Of a stretch of 32,000 nt of DNA, positions 15,027-22,694 are shown one piece after another. The DNA lies in the NCBI GenBank assembly GCA_042850255.1, contig AP031373.1:270001-302000 (forward strand). The letters run 5' to 3'. The position numbers were made by a program, and so were the translations under genes. Under the pieces are notes generated by a model. That model searched no databases. It was not told the DNA's origin and saw nothing but the letters and a program-made list of their open reading frames with translations. Origin of the DNA: Nanobdellota archaeon (GTDB lineage Archaea; Nanobdellota; Nanobdellia; Nanobdellales; Nanobdellaceae). The first letter of the stretch is position 1, and each line of letters begins with the position of its first letter.

Positions 15027-17258
15027 ATGAGATTACAATCCGAAGTAATTGTAACAATAATATTTCTAATAGCTGCAGGGATTACTACAGTTTTATTATA
15101 TAATTTATTATATCCTCATTTTAAAAATATAAATCCAGTTGGACAATCTATTGCAGAATCTTTAAAAATAAATTTCCAATTATTAGATTATTTTGTTCAA
15201 AATAATACTTTATTTGTATATGTAAAACCTTCTGAACCCGTAAATGCGTCTCAAGTATTTGCAATAGTTAATAATAAATTAGTATATGTAACTCCTGTAA
15301 ATTCTAATAGTACTATAGTAAACCCTTATGATAATGGACTATTATTAATTGTTGCAAATTTATCTCAAATTCCTATAGATCAAAACGGAAATTATAAAGT
15401 AGAAGTGGGGTTAGAAAATGATGTAATAGGAACATTTACTATACATTATGTATCAAATATTTTACAACAATTCTTTCCACCAGTTGTTCAATATAATGTA
15501 ACCTTACCTACAACTAATACTACAAGTAGCCCTCCAAGTAATACAACCAATACAACATCAAGTACTCCTCCTTCCTCAAGTCCACCAAGTAATACTACAT
15601 CTAGTCTTTCATACTATGCCTTAATATTATATAATACTCAAAATATACCTACTCCTTCACCATTTCAACAAGATATTGCAATATGCAATGGAAGTGGAAT
15701 ACCAAATTACTATTTTAATACCACAGACTATAATATTACATACGGAAATGTAACACTAATAAGACAACATCCTACACCCATTTATTCTACTAATCCAAAT
15801 ATTACATTATATACTTCAGATATATATTTATGCTTAGCTGCAGGAAATGTTTCTTTTTCTATAAATTATAACCCTCAAGAAAATTCATCAGGATATGCAA
15901 TAGTTGGATATTCCAATTCTAATAATTGTTCTGCATCTTTTTCAGGTTCTTCTGTACCTAGTATAACTGTTGGAGGATATTCTATAAATACTACAGAATA
16001 TAGTTTCTTGAATGGTAGTTCTTATTTTTCTGGAACTACTTTTAATGATGTAACTAGTTTTTCATTTAATTATTCTCTATCAAATTTATCAAATGTTACA
16101 ATATCAATAGCTTGTGGCGTAAGTGCATGTAATTTGATAAATATTCCATCTGGATGTAATATTATATTTGATAACACAAGTTCTGATAATTATACAACTG
16201 TTTTTTCTGCATTTTGTCCAAATCAATCTCCAGGAAACTATAGTATAAATGGAACTTTGCTAAATTATGGATATGTAGCCCTTGGATTATATATATTTAA
16301 TCCATCTTATACAAAATTACCAATACCATCTTATGTAAGTAATTTGACCTTATTTAATTTAATTAATTCAAACGGATCTAATGTATATTTCTTTTCTAAT
16401 ACTTCAAACCCAACAGGTTCTTTATTATATTCTTGGTATGAAGGTCAGGAGAATTTTGGTGGAGCATATTGTGATGTATGGTGGATAAATATATCTTCAG
16501 GAATACCTGCAAATAGTAATTATACAATTTATATGCATATAGGAAATAGTAGTAACAATTATTATTCACAATATTATCCTTATGTAGGTGCTCCAATACA
16601 AGTATTAGGTACTTCTCAATATGATAATGGAAATTATGTATTTAATTATTATCAAAACTTTGGTAATTTAACTTCTTTACCTTCTGGTTGGGAAACTGTA
16701 TATAATAGTGTTTCTCCAAACTTTAGTACTTATTATCTAATTTTACCTCCAGAAGCAAGTCCGTATAATTCGGGAATAACTACAATAAACAATTACAGTA
16801 TTTTGAATAATATTGTTGAGGCAGAATTAAGCATTCCTGTATCTTCTGGAACTAGTTGGGATGAAATAGTATTCGGTATAGGTAATGCAAGTACAACAAG
16901 TACATACTTTATAGGTGGTGGAGGAGGATTAATTGCTGGAGGAAATAATGATGGAGCAGCGTTTTCTTATAATAATAATGGTAATACGGGATTATTCGAA
17001 TTATATTCTGGAAATACTACTATAGGAAGTACTTATTATAATAATATTACAACAATATATGGAATAGGATTAAATTCTACTACTATTGATTTTTATATTA
17101 ATTATACAACTGTAGGATATTCTAATACATCACCTTCTAGTACATCATTACCTATAACAATTGCTCAACAAGATTCTGGACAAAATTATTTAGTATATTG
17201 GGTAAGGATTAGATCTTATCCCCCAAATGGTGTTATGCCAGAAATATTTATTCAATAA
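15027..17258 (+). CDS. large secreted/anchored Asn-Ser-Thr-rich protein: FlaF/FlaG-like N-terminal module, S/P/T linker and about 550 aa of putative glycosylated domains
   Basis: N-terminus MRLQSEVIVTIIFLIAAGITTVLL followed by FVYVKPSEPVNASQVFAIVNNKLVYV...YKVEVGLEND. Linker TTNTTSSPPSNTTNTTSSTPPSSSPPSNTTSS. About 40 N-x-S/T sequons by manual count. C-terminal ...YLVYWVRIRSYPPNGVMPEIFIQ. Confidence 0.55.
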   Translation: MRLQSEVIVTIIFLIAAGITTVLLYNLLYPHFKNINPVGQSIAESLKINFQLLDYFVQNNTLFVYVKPSEPVNASQVFAIVNNKLVYVTPVNSNSTIVNPYDNGLLLIVANLSQIPIDQNGNYKVEVGLENDVIGTFTIHYVSNILQQFFPPVVQYNVTLPTTNTTSSPPSNTTNTTSSTPPSSSPPSNTTSSLSYYALILYNTQNIPTPSPFQQDIAICNGSGIPNYYFNTTDYNITYGNVTLIRQHPTPIYSTNPNITLYTSDIYLCLAAGNVSFSINYNPQENSSGYAIVGYSNSNNCSASFSGSSVPSITVGGYSINTTEYSFLNGSSYFSGTTFNDVTSFSFNYSLSNLSNVTISIACGVSACNLINIPSGCNIIFDNTSSDNYTTVFSAFCPNQSPGNYSINGTLLNYGYVALGLYIFNPSYTKLPIPSYVSNLTLFNLINSNGSNVYFFSNTSNPTGSLLYSWYEGQENFGGAYCDVWWINISSGIPANSNYTIYMHIGNSSNNYYSQYYPYVGAPIQVLGTSQYDNGNYVFNYYQNFGNLTSLPSGWETVYNSVSPNFSTYYLILPPEASPYNSGITTINNYSILNNIVEAELSIPVSSGTSWDEIVFGIGNASTTSTYFIGGGGGLIAGGNNDGAAFSYNNNGNTGLFELYSGNTTIGSTYYNNITTIYGIGLNSTTIDFYINYTTVGYSNTSPSSTSLPITIAQQDSGQNYLVYWVRIRSYPPNGVMPEIFIQ

Positions 17259-17263
17259 TTTTT
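17247..17263 (+). promoter_or_regulatory. putative TATA-like box for tRNA-His (TTTATTCAATAATTTTT at -36..-20 relative to G-1)
   Basis: Same geometry as the tRNA-Leu and tRNA-Ala boxes. It overlaps the 3' end of the preceding CDS. Confidence 0.3.
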
Positions 17264-17282
17264 CAATAATATAAAAATAGAT

Positions 17283-17355
17283 GGTCCGGGTAGCCTAGTG
17301 GTAAGGCGTCGGGCTGTGGACCCGAAGATCGCGGGTTCAAATCCCGCCCCGGACC
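17283..17355 (+). tRNA. tRNA-His(GUG) with genome-encoded G-1 opposite C73, no encoded CCA
   Basis: G-1, then acceptor GTCCGGG/CCCGGAC, then C73. D arm GCCT-AGTGGTA-AGGC. Anticodon arm TCGGG-CTGTGGA-CCCGA. T arm GCGGG-TTCAAAT-CCCGC. Confidence 0.9.
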
Positions 17356-18294
17356 CTAATGAGTATCCCAACCAACAGATTCTTCAAATCCTAATAATTT
17401 TTTAATATAACTTTCCAATAAGTTCTTTTCTCTATTAGTTATTTTACATTCATTATGAGCTAATTTTAAATATCTTGGATAAGAACTTGTTAAATATATA
17501 TTTTCTTTTATTATTTCTAAAAAATTGTCTTTTCCTATTTTATCTAATCCTTCTATTCTATAAATATGATCATTATACCTTGCTCTAAAATACATTATCA
17601 TTATCTTTTTATTAAATAAATTCAATTTTTCTTCAGGAATCTTTCCTTTAAAGAAATAATTAAAATCTGTTTCAAATATATTAGTATAAAATATTTCATT
17701 TGGAAATGTATTCATTAATATTATCATATCAGATTTTCCACTTTTTATTATATCTAAATTTAATATTCTTTTAGCAACTGCCAATAAATTTCCATTATTT
17801 AATAAAAATTCGAAATTTTCTATAAATTCTTTTCTCCTCTCTTCAACTCTCAAATCGTCAAATTTGTTACAAAATTTTGAATATAATATACCATCAGAAA
17901 TTATAGAACCATCTATAAATATATATCTATTATAATATTTCTTAGCCAATTTATATTCTAAGTTTTTTGCAAGCATTGATGAAATATCTGTTATATCAAA
18001 ACTTTCTCCAACTTCAGATTTAATAAATGTATTCTCAAAAAATTCTATATCATCTATTTTATCATATAAATCTTCAGAAACTATTACTGCTCTAGTATAT
18101 ACATAGGTATAGGGTCCTATTATTCCATTTACATATGAAGAGTCTATAAAACCATATTTTTTATCTTTTTTTATTTCTACATTATCTAAATTTATAGTAT
18201 CTATTTTTTCTTTTTCAATTTTATATAATTTATTAATATTTTTTATATTTTCTATTTTATCTCTTACTTTTTTCAAAAGTTTACCATTTATCAT
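17356..18294 (-). CDS. NurA-like 5'-3' nuclease domain protein (start moved to Met40 of the listed ORF)
   Basis: YGFIDSSY...YTRAVIVS and NLEYKLAKKYYNRYIFIDGSIISDG resemble the NurA DGS motifs. The first 39 listed codons run antisense through tRNA-Ser and the GC hairpin. An ATATATATTATATG box lies about 20-35 nt upstream of the ATG at 18294. The stop codon abuts the tRNA-His 3' end. Confidence 0.5.
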   Translation of the reverse strand: MINGKLLKKVRDKIENIKNINKLYKIEKEKIDTINLDNVEIKKDKKYGFIDSSYVNGIIGPYTYVYTRAVIVSEDLYDKIDDIEFFENTFIKSEVGESFDITDISSMLAKNLEYKLAKKYYNRYIFIDGSIISDGILYSKFCNKFDDLRVEERRKEFIENFEFLLNNGNLLAVAKRILNLDIIKSGKSDMIILMNTFPNEIFYTNIFETDFNYFFKGKIPEEKLNLFNKKIMIMYFRARYNDHIYRIEGLDKIGKDNFLEIIKENIYLTSSYPRYLKLAHNECKITNREKNLLESYIKKLLGFEESVGWDTH

Positions 18295-18300
18295 AATTAT

Positions 18301-18310
18301 TTTATAAATT
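18301..18310 (+). promoter_or_regulatory. putative TATA-like box (TTTATAAATT) placed about -29..-20 from the 5' end of the hairpin RNA at 18330
   Basis: Sequence and spacing are similar to the boxes upstream of the other three tRNAs. No such box lies at the right distance from tRNA-Ser itself. Confidence 0.35.
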
Positions 18311-18329
18311 AAAAACATATAATATATAT

Positions 18330-18387
18330 CCCCGTTTAGACGAACCAATATGAAAAGATGAGTATTGGTAACGATGGACGGGGGACA
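18330..18387 (+). ncRNA. candidate single-hairpin H/ACA-like guide sRNA
   Basis: Lower stem CCCCGT (18330-18335) / ACGGGG (18378-18383). 9+9-nt internal pocket (TTAGACGAA / TAACGATGG). Upper stem CCAATA(T) / (G)TATTGG. Apical loop GAAAAGATGA has two GA steps (K-loop-like). ACA at 18385-18387 lies 16 nt after the upper stem base. Confidence 0.4.
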
Positions 18388-18388
18388 T

Positions 18389-18472
18389 GCCGCGGTGCCC
18401 GAGTGGCCCAAGGGGTGTGGCTGGAGACCACATCCCCGAAAGGGGGCGTGGGTTCAAATCCCACCCGCGGCG
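18389..18472 (+). tRNA. tRNA-Ser(GGA), type II, no encoded CCA
   Basis: Acceptor GCCGCGG/CCGCGGC plus G73. Anticodon arm TGTGG-CTGGAGA-CCACA. Variable arm CCCC-GAAA-GGGG. T arm GTGGG-TTCAAAT-CCCAC. Confidence 0.9.
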
Positions 18473-18508
18473 TTTAATTTAAATAAATATTTACATTAAT
18501 TATTACCT

Positions 18509-19111
18509 ATGGCTCATGGTCCAACATATGTTGTAAAGTATAGAAGGAGAAGAGAAAATAAAACAGATTATAGAAAAAGATTGAAGTTATTAAAATCTGG
18601 AAAACCAAGACTTGTGGTTAGAAGATTCTTAAATAATATTCAAGCACAAATTATAGAATATAATGAAAAGGGTGATAAAACATTATTAACAATTCATTCT
18701 AAAGTATTGGAGAAAAAATATGGATGGAAAGGTCATAGAGGAAACCTACCTACAGCATATTTAGTAGGATTATTAATAGGATTAGAAGCTAAGAAAAAAG
18801 GAATAAATGAAGTTATATTAGATATTGGAAGATATTCTTCTACAAAAGGAAATTCTTTATATGCAGTTTTAAAGGGGGTAATAGATGCTGGATTAAATAT
18901 ACCTTACAATGAAGAAATATTGCCTGATGAAAATAGGATAAAAGGAGAACATATTAAAAATTATGCTTTGTTGTTAAAAGAAAACGATCCTGAAAAATAT
19001 AATAAACAATTTTCCAGATACTTAAAATCTGGTCTAGAACCTGAAAAAATAGTAGAACATTTTGAAGAGGTTAAAAATAAAATATTAAAAGAATATGGAT
19101 TGGAAGGATAG
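18509..19111 (+). CDS. rpl18: 50S ribosomal protein uL18 (L18P/L5e)
   Basis: N-terminus [39 protein letters not shown] is the archaeal L18 signature. Confidence 0.9.
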   Translation: MAHGPTYVVKYRRRRENKTDYRKRLKLLKSGKPRLVVRRFLNNIQAQIIEYNEKGDKTLLTIHSKVLEKKYGWKGHRGNLPTAYLVGLLIGLEAKKKGINEVILDIGRYSSTKGNSLYAVLKGVIDAGLNIPYNEEILPDENRIKGEHIKNYALLLKENDPEKYNKQFSRYLKSGLEPEKIVEHFEEVKNKILKEYGLEG

Positions 19112-19340
19112 TTTAGATCCTGTACTTAGAGATTTTTTAAAATCGTTAATAGAAGAAACAAAAAAATATAAAGATGTATATATGAATAGTGATGATCCTG
19201 GAAGGGTACAAATATGGATTGCTTTAGGAATAGTCTATAGAAAAATATTATCATTAGAATCTAAAATATCAGAAATAGAATCATTATTAAATAGTAAGGA
19301 AGTTAAAGAAAAATTAGAAGAATATTTAAAGAAACTTTAA
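19095..19340 (+). CDS. hypothetical small helical protein
   Basis: 81-aa ORF overlapping the uL18 3' end by 17 nt, with a coiled-coil-like C-terminus. No family recognised. The stop codon overlaps the convergent uS8 stop. Confidence 0.35.
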   Translation: MDWKDSLDPVLRDFLKSLIEETKKYKDVYMNSDDPGRVQIWIALGIVYRKILSLESKISEIESLLNSKEVKEKLEEYLKKL

Positions 19341-19711
19341 TAAACTAAAGCAACCAAAACCCCTCCTATTTTCTCCTTTTTACATTCTTCATTAGTTTTT
19401 GCTCCTTTGTTTGTAGATACTAATAATAATCCAAACCCTCTTGCAGGTAAGAATCTTTTTTCATATTTATCTATTTCTTTATATGATACAGGAAATCTTG
19501 GTTTAATTGCCTTACCAAAGTTAAATGTATCAGAAAATCTTACAATTATTTTTTTACCATCTATTTTATATTCTTCTACATACTTATACTCTTTTAATTT
19601 TTCTAATATATTTAATAATAATTTATTATAATAATTGAATTCTACTTCTCTCTTTCCTACATTTATACAATTTGTTGCATGTGCAAAGAAATCATTTATT
19701 ATATCAACCAT
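19337..19711 (-). CDS. rps8: 30S ribosomal protein uS8
   Basis: NDFFAHATNCINVGKREV at the N-terminus and [29 protein letters not shown] at the C-terminus fit uS8. It follows uS14 with a TAATG overlap. Confidence 0.85.
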   Translation of the reverse strand: MVDIINDFFAHATNCINVGKREVEFNYYNKLLLNILEKLKEYKYVEEYKIDGKKIIVRFSDTFNFGKAIKPRFPVSYKEIDKYEKRFLPARGFGLLLVSTNKGAKTNEECKKEKIGGVLVALVY

Positions 19712-20073
19712 TATTCTCCCAATACTTTAAAGTTTAAGGTTTTTGCCAGTTCTCTAAAACATCTTCCACATAAATATAGATTATATCTCCTAATTACTCT
19801 ATCATGAGATCCACAGACAACACACCTTACAGCTCCTTTTCCAAATCTCCTTTCTTTATTTTTAATTCCATATTCCTCCAATACCTGAATTATATCCTTT
19901 CCTTCCTGTATAGATTTATCTATTAATTCTTGTATATTCTTTATTTTTCCTTCTTTTATTAATTTATTTATTTCTTCCTTTATATACTTAGGAGCGTTAT
20001 GCTTTATTATCTTTGCTAAAGTACCTGGTTTATTCTTTTGTAATTCAACTAAATATGACCAGCTATTTGGCAT
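19711..20073 (-). CDS. rps14: 30S ribosomal protein uS14 (zinc-ribbon type) with about 65-aa N-terminal extension
   Basis: The C-terminal 55 aa RRFGKGAVRCVVCGSHDRVIRRYNLYLCGRCFRELAKTLNFK are a typical archaeal S14. The upstream 65 codons are open and Lys/Glu-rich. Confidence 0.8.
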   Translation of the reverse strand: MPNSWSYLVELQKNKPGTLAKIIKHNAPKYIKEEINKLIKEGKIKNIQELIDKSIQEGKDIIQVLEEYGIKNKERRFGKGAVRCVVCGSHDRVIRRYNLYLCGRCFRELAKTLNFKVLGE

Positions 20074-20126
20074 TTAATATATTTATGCAATAAGGTTTAT
20101 AAGAAAATATTATAGATAAATTTATA

Positions 20127-21131
20127 TTGAAAGCTTTGATTGCTGGAATAGATCCAGGAACAAATACTGCTTTAGTAGTAATTGATGAAGAAGGAAATAT
20201 AATAGAAAAAATTAGCGGAAAAAATATTTCTAATGAAGATATAATAAGATATATAAGCAATTTAAATAATGTTGTTTTAATTGCTACAGATAAAAAAGAA
20301 ATCCCAAAAAGTATTTTAGAGATATCTTCTAAACTAAATTTAGGTATTTATTCTCCAAAAAGAGATATAGATTTAAAAACAAAGGATAAATATTATACTG
20401 ATAATAAATTAAAGAATATTTTTGAAAACAATCATGAATTTGATGCATATATTGCAGCAATAGAAGCATTGAAAAAGGTGAAAGATTTGTTTGAAAAAGC
20501 AAAAAGGGTTGCTATCGATGAAAAAGAATATATAAAGATATTAAAATTAATATTTAAGAAAAAGAAAATAGAACCAGTAAGTGCAAAGATAAGTATAGAA
20601 GATAATAATAAAGAGATGAGTATTTCGACAAAGATAAGAAAAAGAAGAAAGATAAAGAAGATAGATATGAGCGATATAAAGATAATTATTAAAAGGGAAG
20701 TAAAAAAGAAAAATAAAGAACTAAAAGATTTAAATTTAAGATATATAAAATTATTAAAAGATTATAATGAATTATCTAAAATACTATTGGAAAAATTAGA
20801 TATAAAAGATAATATAATACCAAAAGCCTCTTTTTTATATTCTAATAATTTATATTTTAAAAAAGTATTTTTAGATAAATTAGAAGAAGAATATATAAGA
20901 TATTTTAATTCAAAAGAATCTGAATTTTATATATTAGAAGAAAATGAAGATAAAATAAAAGATTTTTTGAATAGATACTGTATAGTAGAAGAATTTACAG
21001 ACATAAAGAATTATATAATTATTAATAGATTTAGAAAAGTAGAAAAAGAGGATAATAAAAAAGATATGGATATTGATAAATTAAGAAAAATTTTAAAAGA
21101 TTATCAGGTACACCGAAGTCTAAGAGGATAG
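20127..21131 (+). CDS. DUF460/COG2433-like predicted RNase H-fold (RuvC/YqgF-like) nuclease with coiled-coil C-terminus
   Basis: The N-terminus (TTG start) KALIAGIDPGTNTALVVIDEEGNII matches the GIDPGTTTG motif of COG2433 proteins. The C-terminal half is Lys-rich and coiled-coil-like. Confidence 0.55.
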   Translation: MKALIAGIDPGTNTALVVIDEEGNIIEKISGKNISNEDIIRYISNLNNVVLIATDKKEIPKSILEISSKLNLGIYSPKRDIDLKTKDKYYTDNKLKNIFENNHEFDAYIAAIEALKKVKDLFEKAKRVAIDEKEYIKILKLIFKKKKIEPVSAKISIEDNNKEMSISTKIRKRRKIKKIDMSDIKIIIKREVKKKNKELKDLNLRYIKLLKDYNELSKILLEKLDIKDNIIPKASFLYSNNLYFKKVFLDKLEEEYIRYFNSKESEFYILEENEDKIKDFLNRYCIVEEFTDIKNYIIINRFRKVEKEDNKKDMDIDKLRKILKDYQVHRSLRG

Positions 21132-21461
21132 ATAACATATCTGAAAAGCTATAAATCATATATTATTACTTATTAGTAGTATTAAAATAACTGACAAATA
21201 TAATAAGATCAAATATCTACTTTGAAAATGGTGTATGCAAAACTTTATAAAAGCTCTTTATAAATTTTTTGATAATCAATATTTTTAAACACCAAAAATA
21301 AATATCTATAATAAAGGATCTATATTTAGTATGAGAATCTATTAAGGGAAATGAATATTTTTTATGATGATTATTTATGTTTAGACCTAATTTGTTATTT
21401 TTATTTATTTTTAAATAAAAAGAAGATCATACTTTAAAAATCTTTTATAGAAGAATATATT
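21132..21461. other. candidate replication origin region (oriC) upstream of orc1/cdc6
   Basis: 330-bp gene-free stretch in an otherwise gap-free genome, immediately 5' of orc1/cdc6-polD(DP1). Contains the tandem CTTTATAAA-AGCT-CTTTATAAA (21243-21264), AAATATCTA twice (21211, 21300), ATCTAT/C four times, and an A/T-only run at 21392-21421. Confidence 0.35.
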
Positions 21462-22694
21462 ATGACAACAAATTCTATAATTGATTACTTTTTAACAGAT
21501 TTTGAAAGAATCTCTCAAAAAAATAACAAAATTATAATAGATGGAAGATACTTTGAAGAAGATTTTGTTCCATCAGAAATAAAATTTAGAGATAAGGAAA
21601 AAGAAGCAATATTATCAAATATTAGTTTATTCATAAATAGAAATACTGGTAATAATCTATTTTTATATGGTAATACAGGAACTGGAAAAACTTTGATGGC
21701 CAGATTTATTAATAAAGGTATTAATATATATTCTGCTAAGAAAAAACTAAAAGTAAAAGTTGCATATATTAATTGCAAACAAATATTATCCGATGACGCA
21801 GATTATTATATATTTAAAAGAATTTATGAAGAGTTGATAAATAATAATATAAAATCTGGTGTAAGAAAAAATGATTTATATGAAAATATATATAGATTTG
21901 TGATATATAATGATTATAAATTATTAATAATATTAGATGAAGTAGATCAAATATTTAATAAAAAAGAAAATACAGAAATTTTGTATTTATTATTAAGAAA
22001 TTATGATATAAACTTTTTAAGTAGAGTAAGATTATTATTAATATCTAATTCTCCATCTTTTATATCGGAATTAGATCAAAGAATAAAATCGTCATTTTCC
22101 TCTATAATAAAGATAAAGTTTTCTCCATATAATTATCATCAATTAAAGGATATATTATTAGATAGAGCTTCAAAAGCGTTAGCTCCAAATTCTATATCTG
22201 AAGAAGATATAAATTTCATTGCTGCAAAAGTTGCTAAGGAATTTTCAGGAGATGCAAGAATTGCAATTAATGTATTAAGATTATCTGCTACTATTGCTTA
22301 TAGTAAAAATAAGGAAAAAATAGATGAAGAAGATATAAAAGAAGCATTTGAAAATATAGATTTAAATATATTAGAAGATATGATAAGTATATTAAATAAA
22401 ACACAAAAAAGAATATTATTTGCTTTGGTTAAAAAACAGATAGAAAAAGGAGATTTTGTATCATTTAGCGAATTATATGAAGAATATATAAATGTTTCTA
22501 ATAATTTGGGATTAGAAATAATAGATAAATCGTCTGTATATAAAAATTTGAAGAAAATAGAAAATATATTTGGAGATTTTATAGAATCAAAAATAGTATC
22601 AAAAGGAAAAAATGGAATAAACAAAATGATAAAAATAATTTCGGATGAGGAAAATCTTAAAAAGATATACTATATATTAAAAGAAGAGATATGA
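21462..22694 (+). CDS. cdc6: Orc1/Cdc6 replication initiator
   Basis: AAA+ Walker A LFLYGNTGTGKTL, Walker B LLIILDEVD, sensor region GDARIAINVLR and a C-terminal winged-helix-like region. Confidence 0.9.
   Translation: MTTNSIIDYFLTDFERISQKNNKIIIDGRYFEEDFVPSEIKFRDKEKEAILSNISLFINRNTGNNLFLYGNTGTGKTLMARFINKGINIYSAKKKLKVKVAYINCKQILSDDADYYIFKRIYEELINNNIKSGVRKNDLYENIYRFVIYNDYKLLIILDEVDQIFNKKENTEILYLLLRNYDINFLSRVRLLLISNSPSFISELDQRIKSSFSSIIKIKFSPYNYHQLKDILLDRASKALAPNSISEEDINFIAAKVAKEFSGDARIAINVLRLSATIAYSKNKEKIDEEDIKEAFENIDLNILEDMISILNKTQKRILFALVKKQIEKGDFVSFSELYEEYINVSNNLGLEIIDKSSVYKNLKKIENIFGDFIESKIVSKGKNGINKMIKIISDEENLKKIYYILKEEI

Noticed and set aside
18330-18388. Interpretation of the hairpin as a split-tRNA leader or intron-like bulge-helix-bulge element
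   Set aside because: The adjacent tRNA-Ser is complete and colinear, with all arms present. The hairpin is self-complementary rather than complementary to another locus seen here.
18295-18411. N-terminal 39 codons of the listed 351-aa ORF (MGHSGTAACPPSIVTNTHLFILVRLNGDIYY...)
   Set aside because: This part reads antisense through tRNA-Ser and the GC hairpin. The sequence is uncharacteristic, and a Met at 18294 with an upstream AT box gives a sensible start.
21364-21390. ATGATGA (C-box-like) inside the candidate origin region
   Set aside because: No CTGA lies at the required spacing of about 12 nt and there is no second box pair. A single heptamer is expected by chance in AT-rich DNA.
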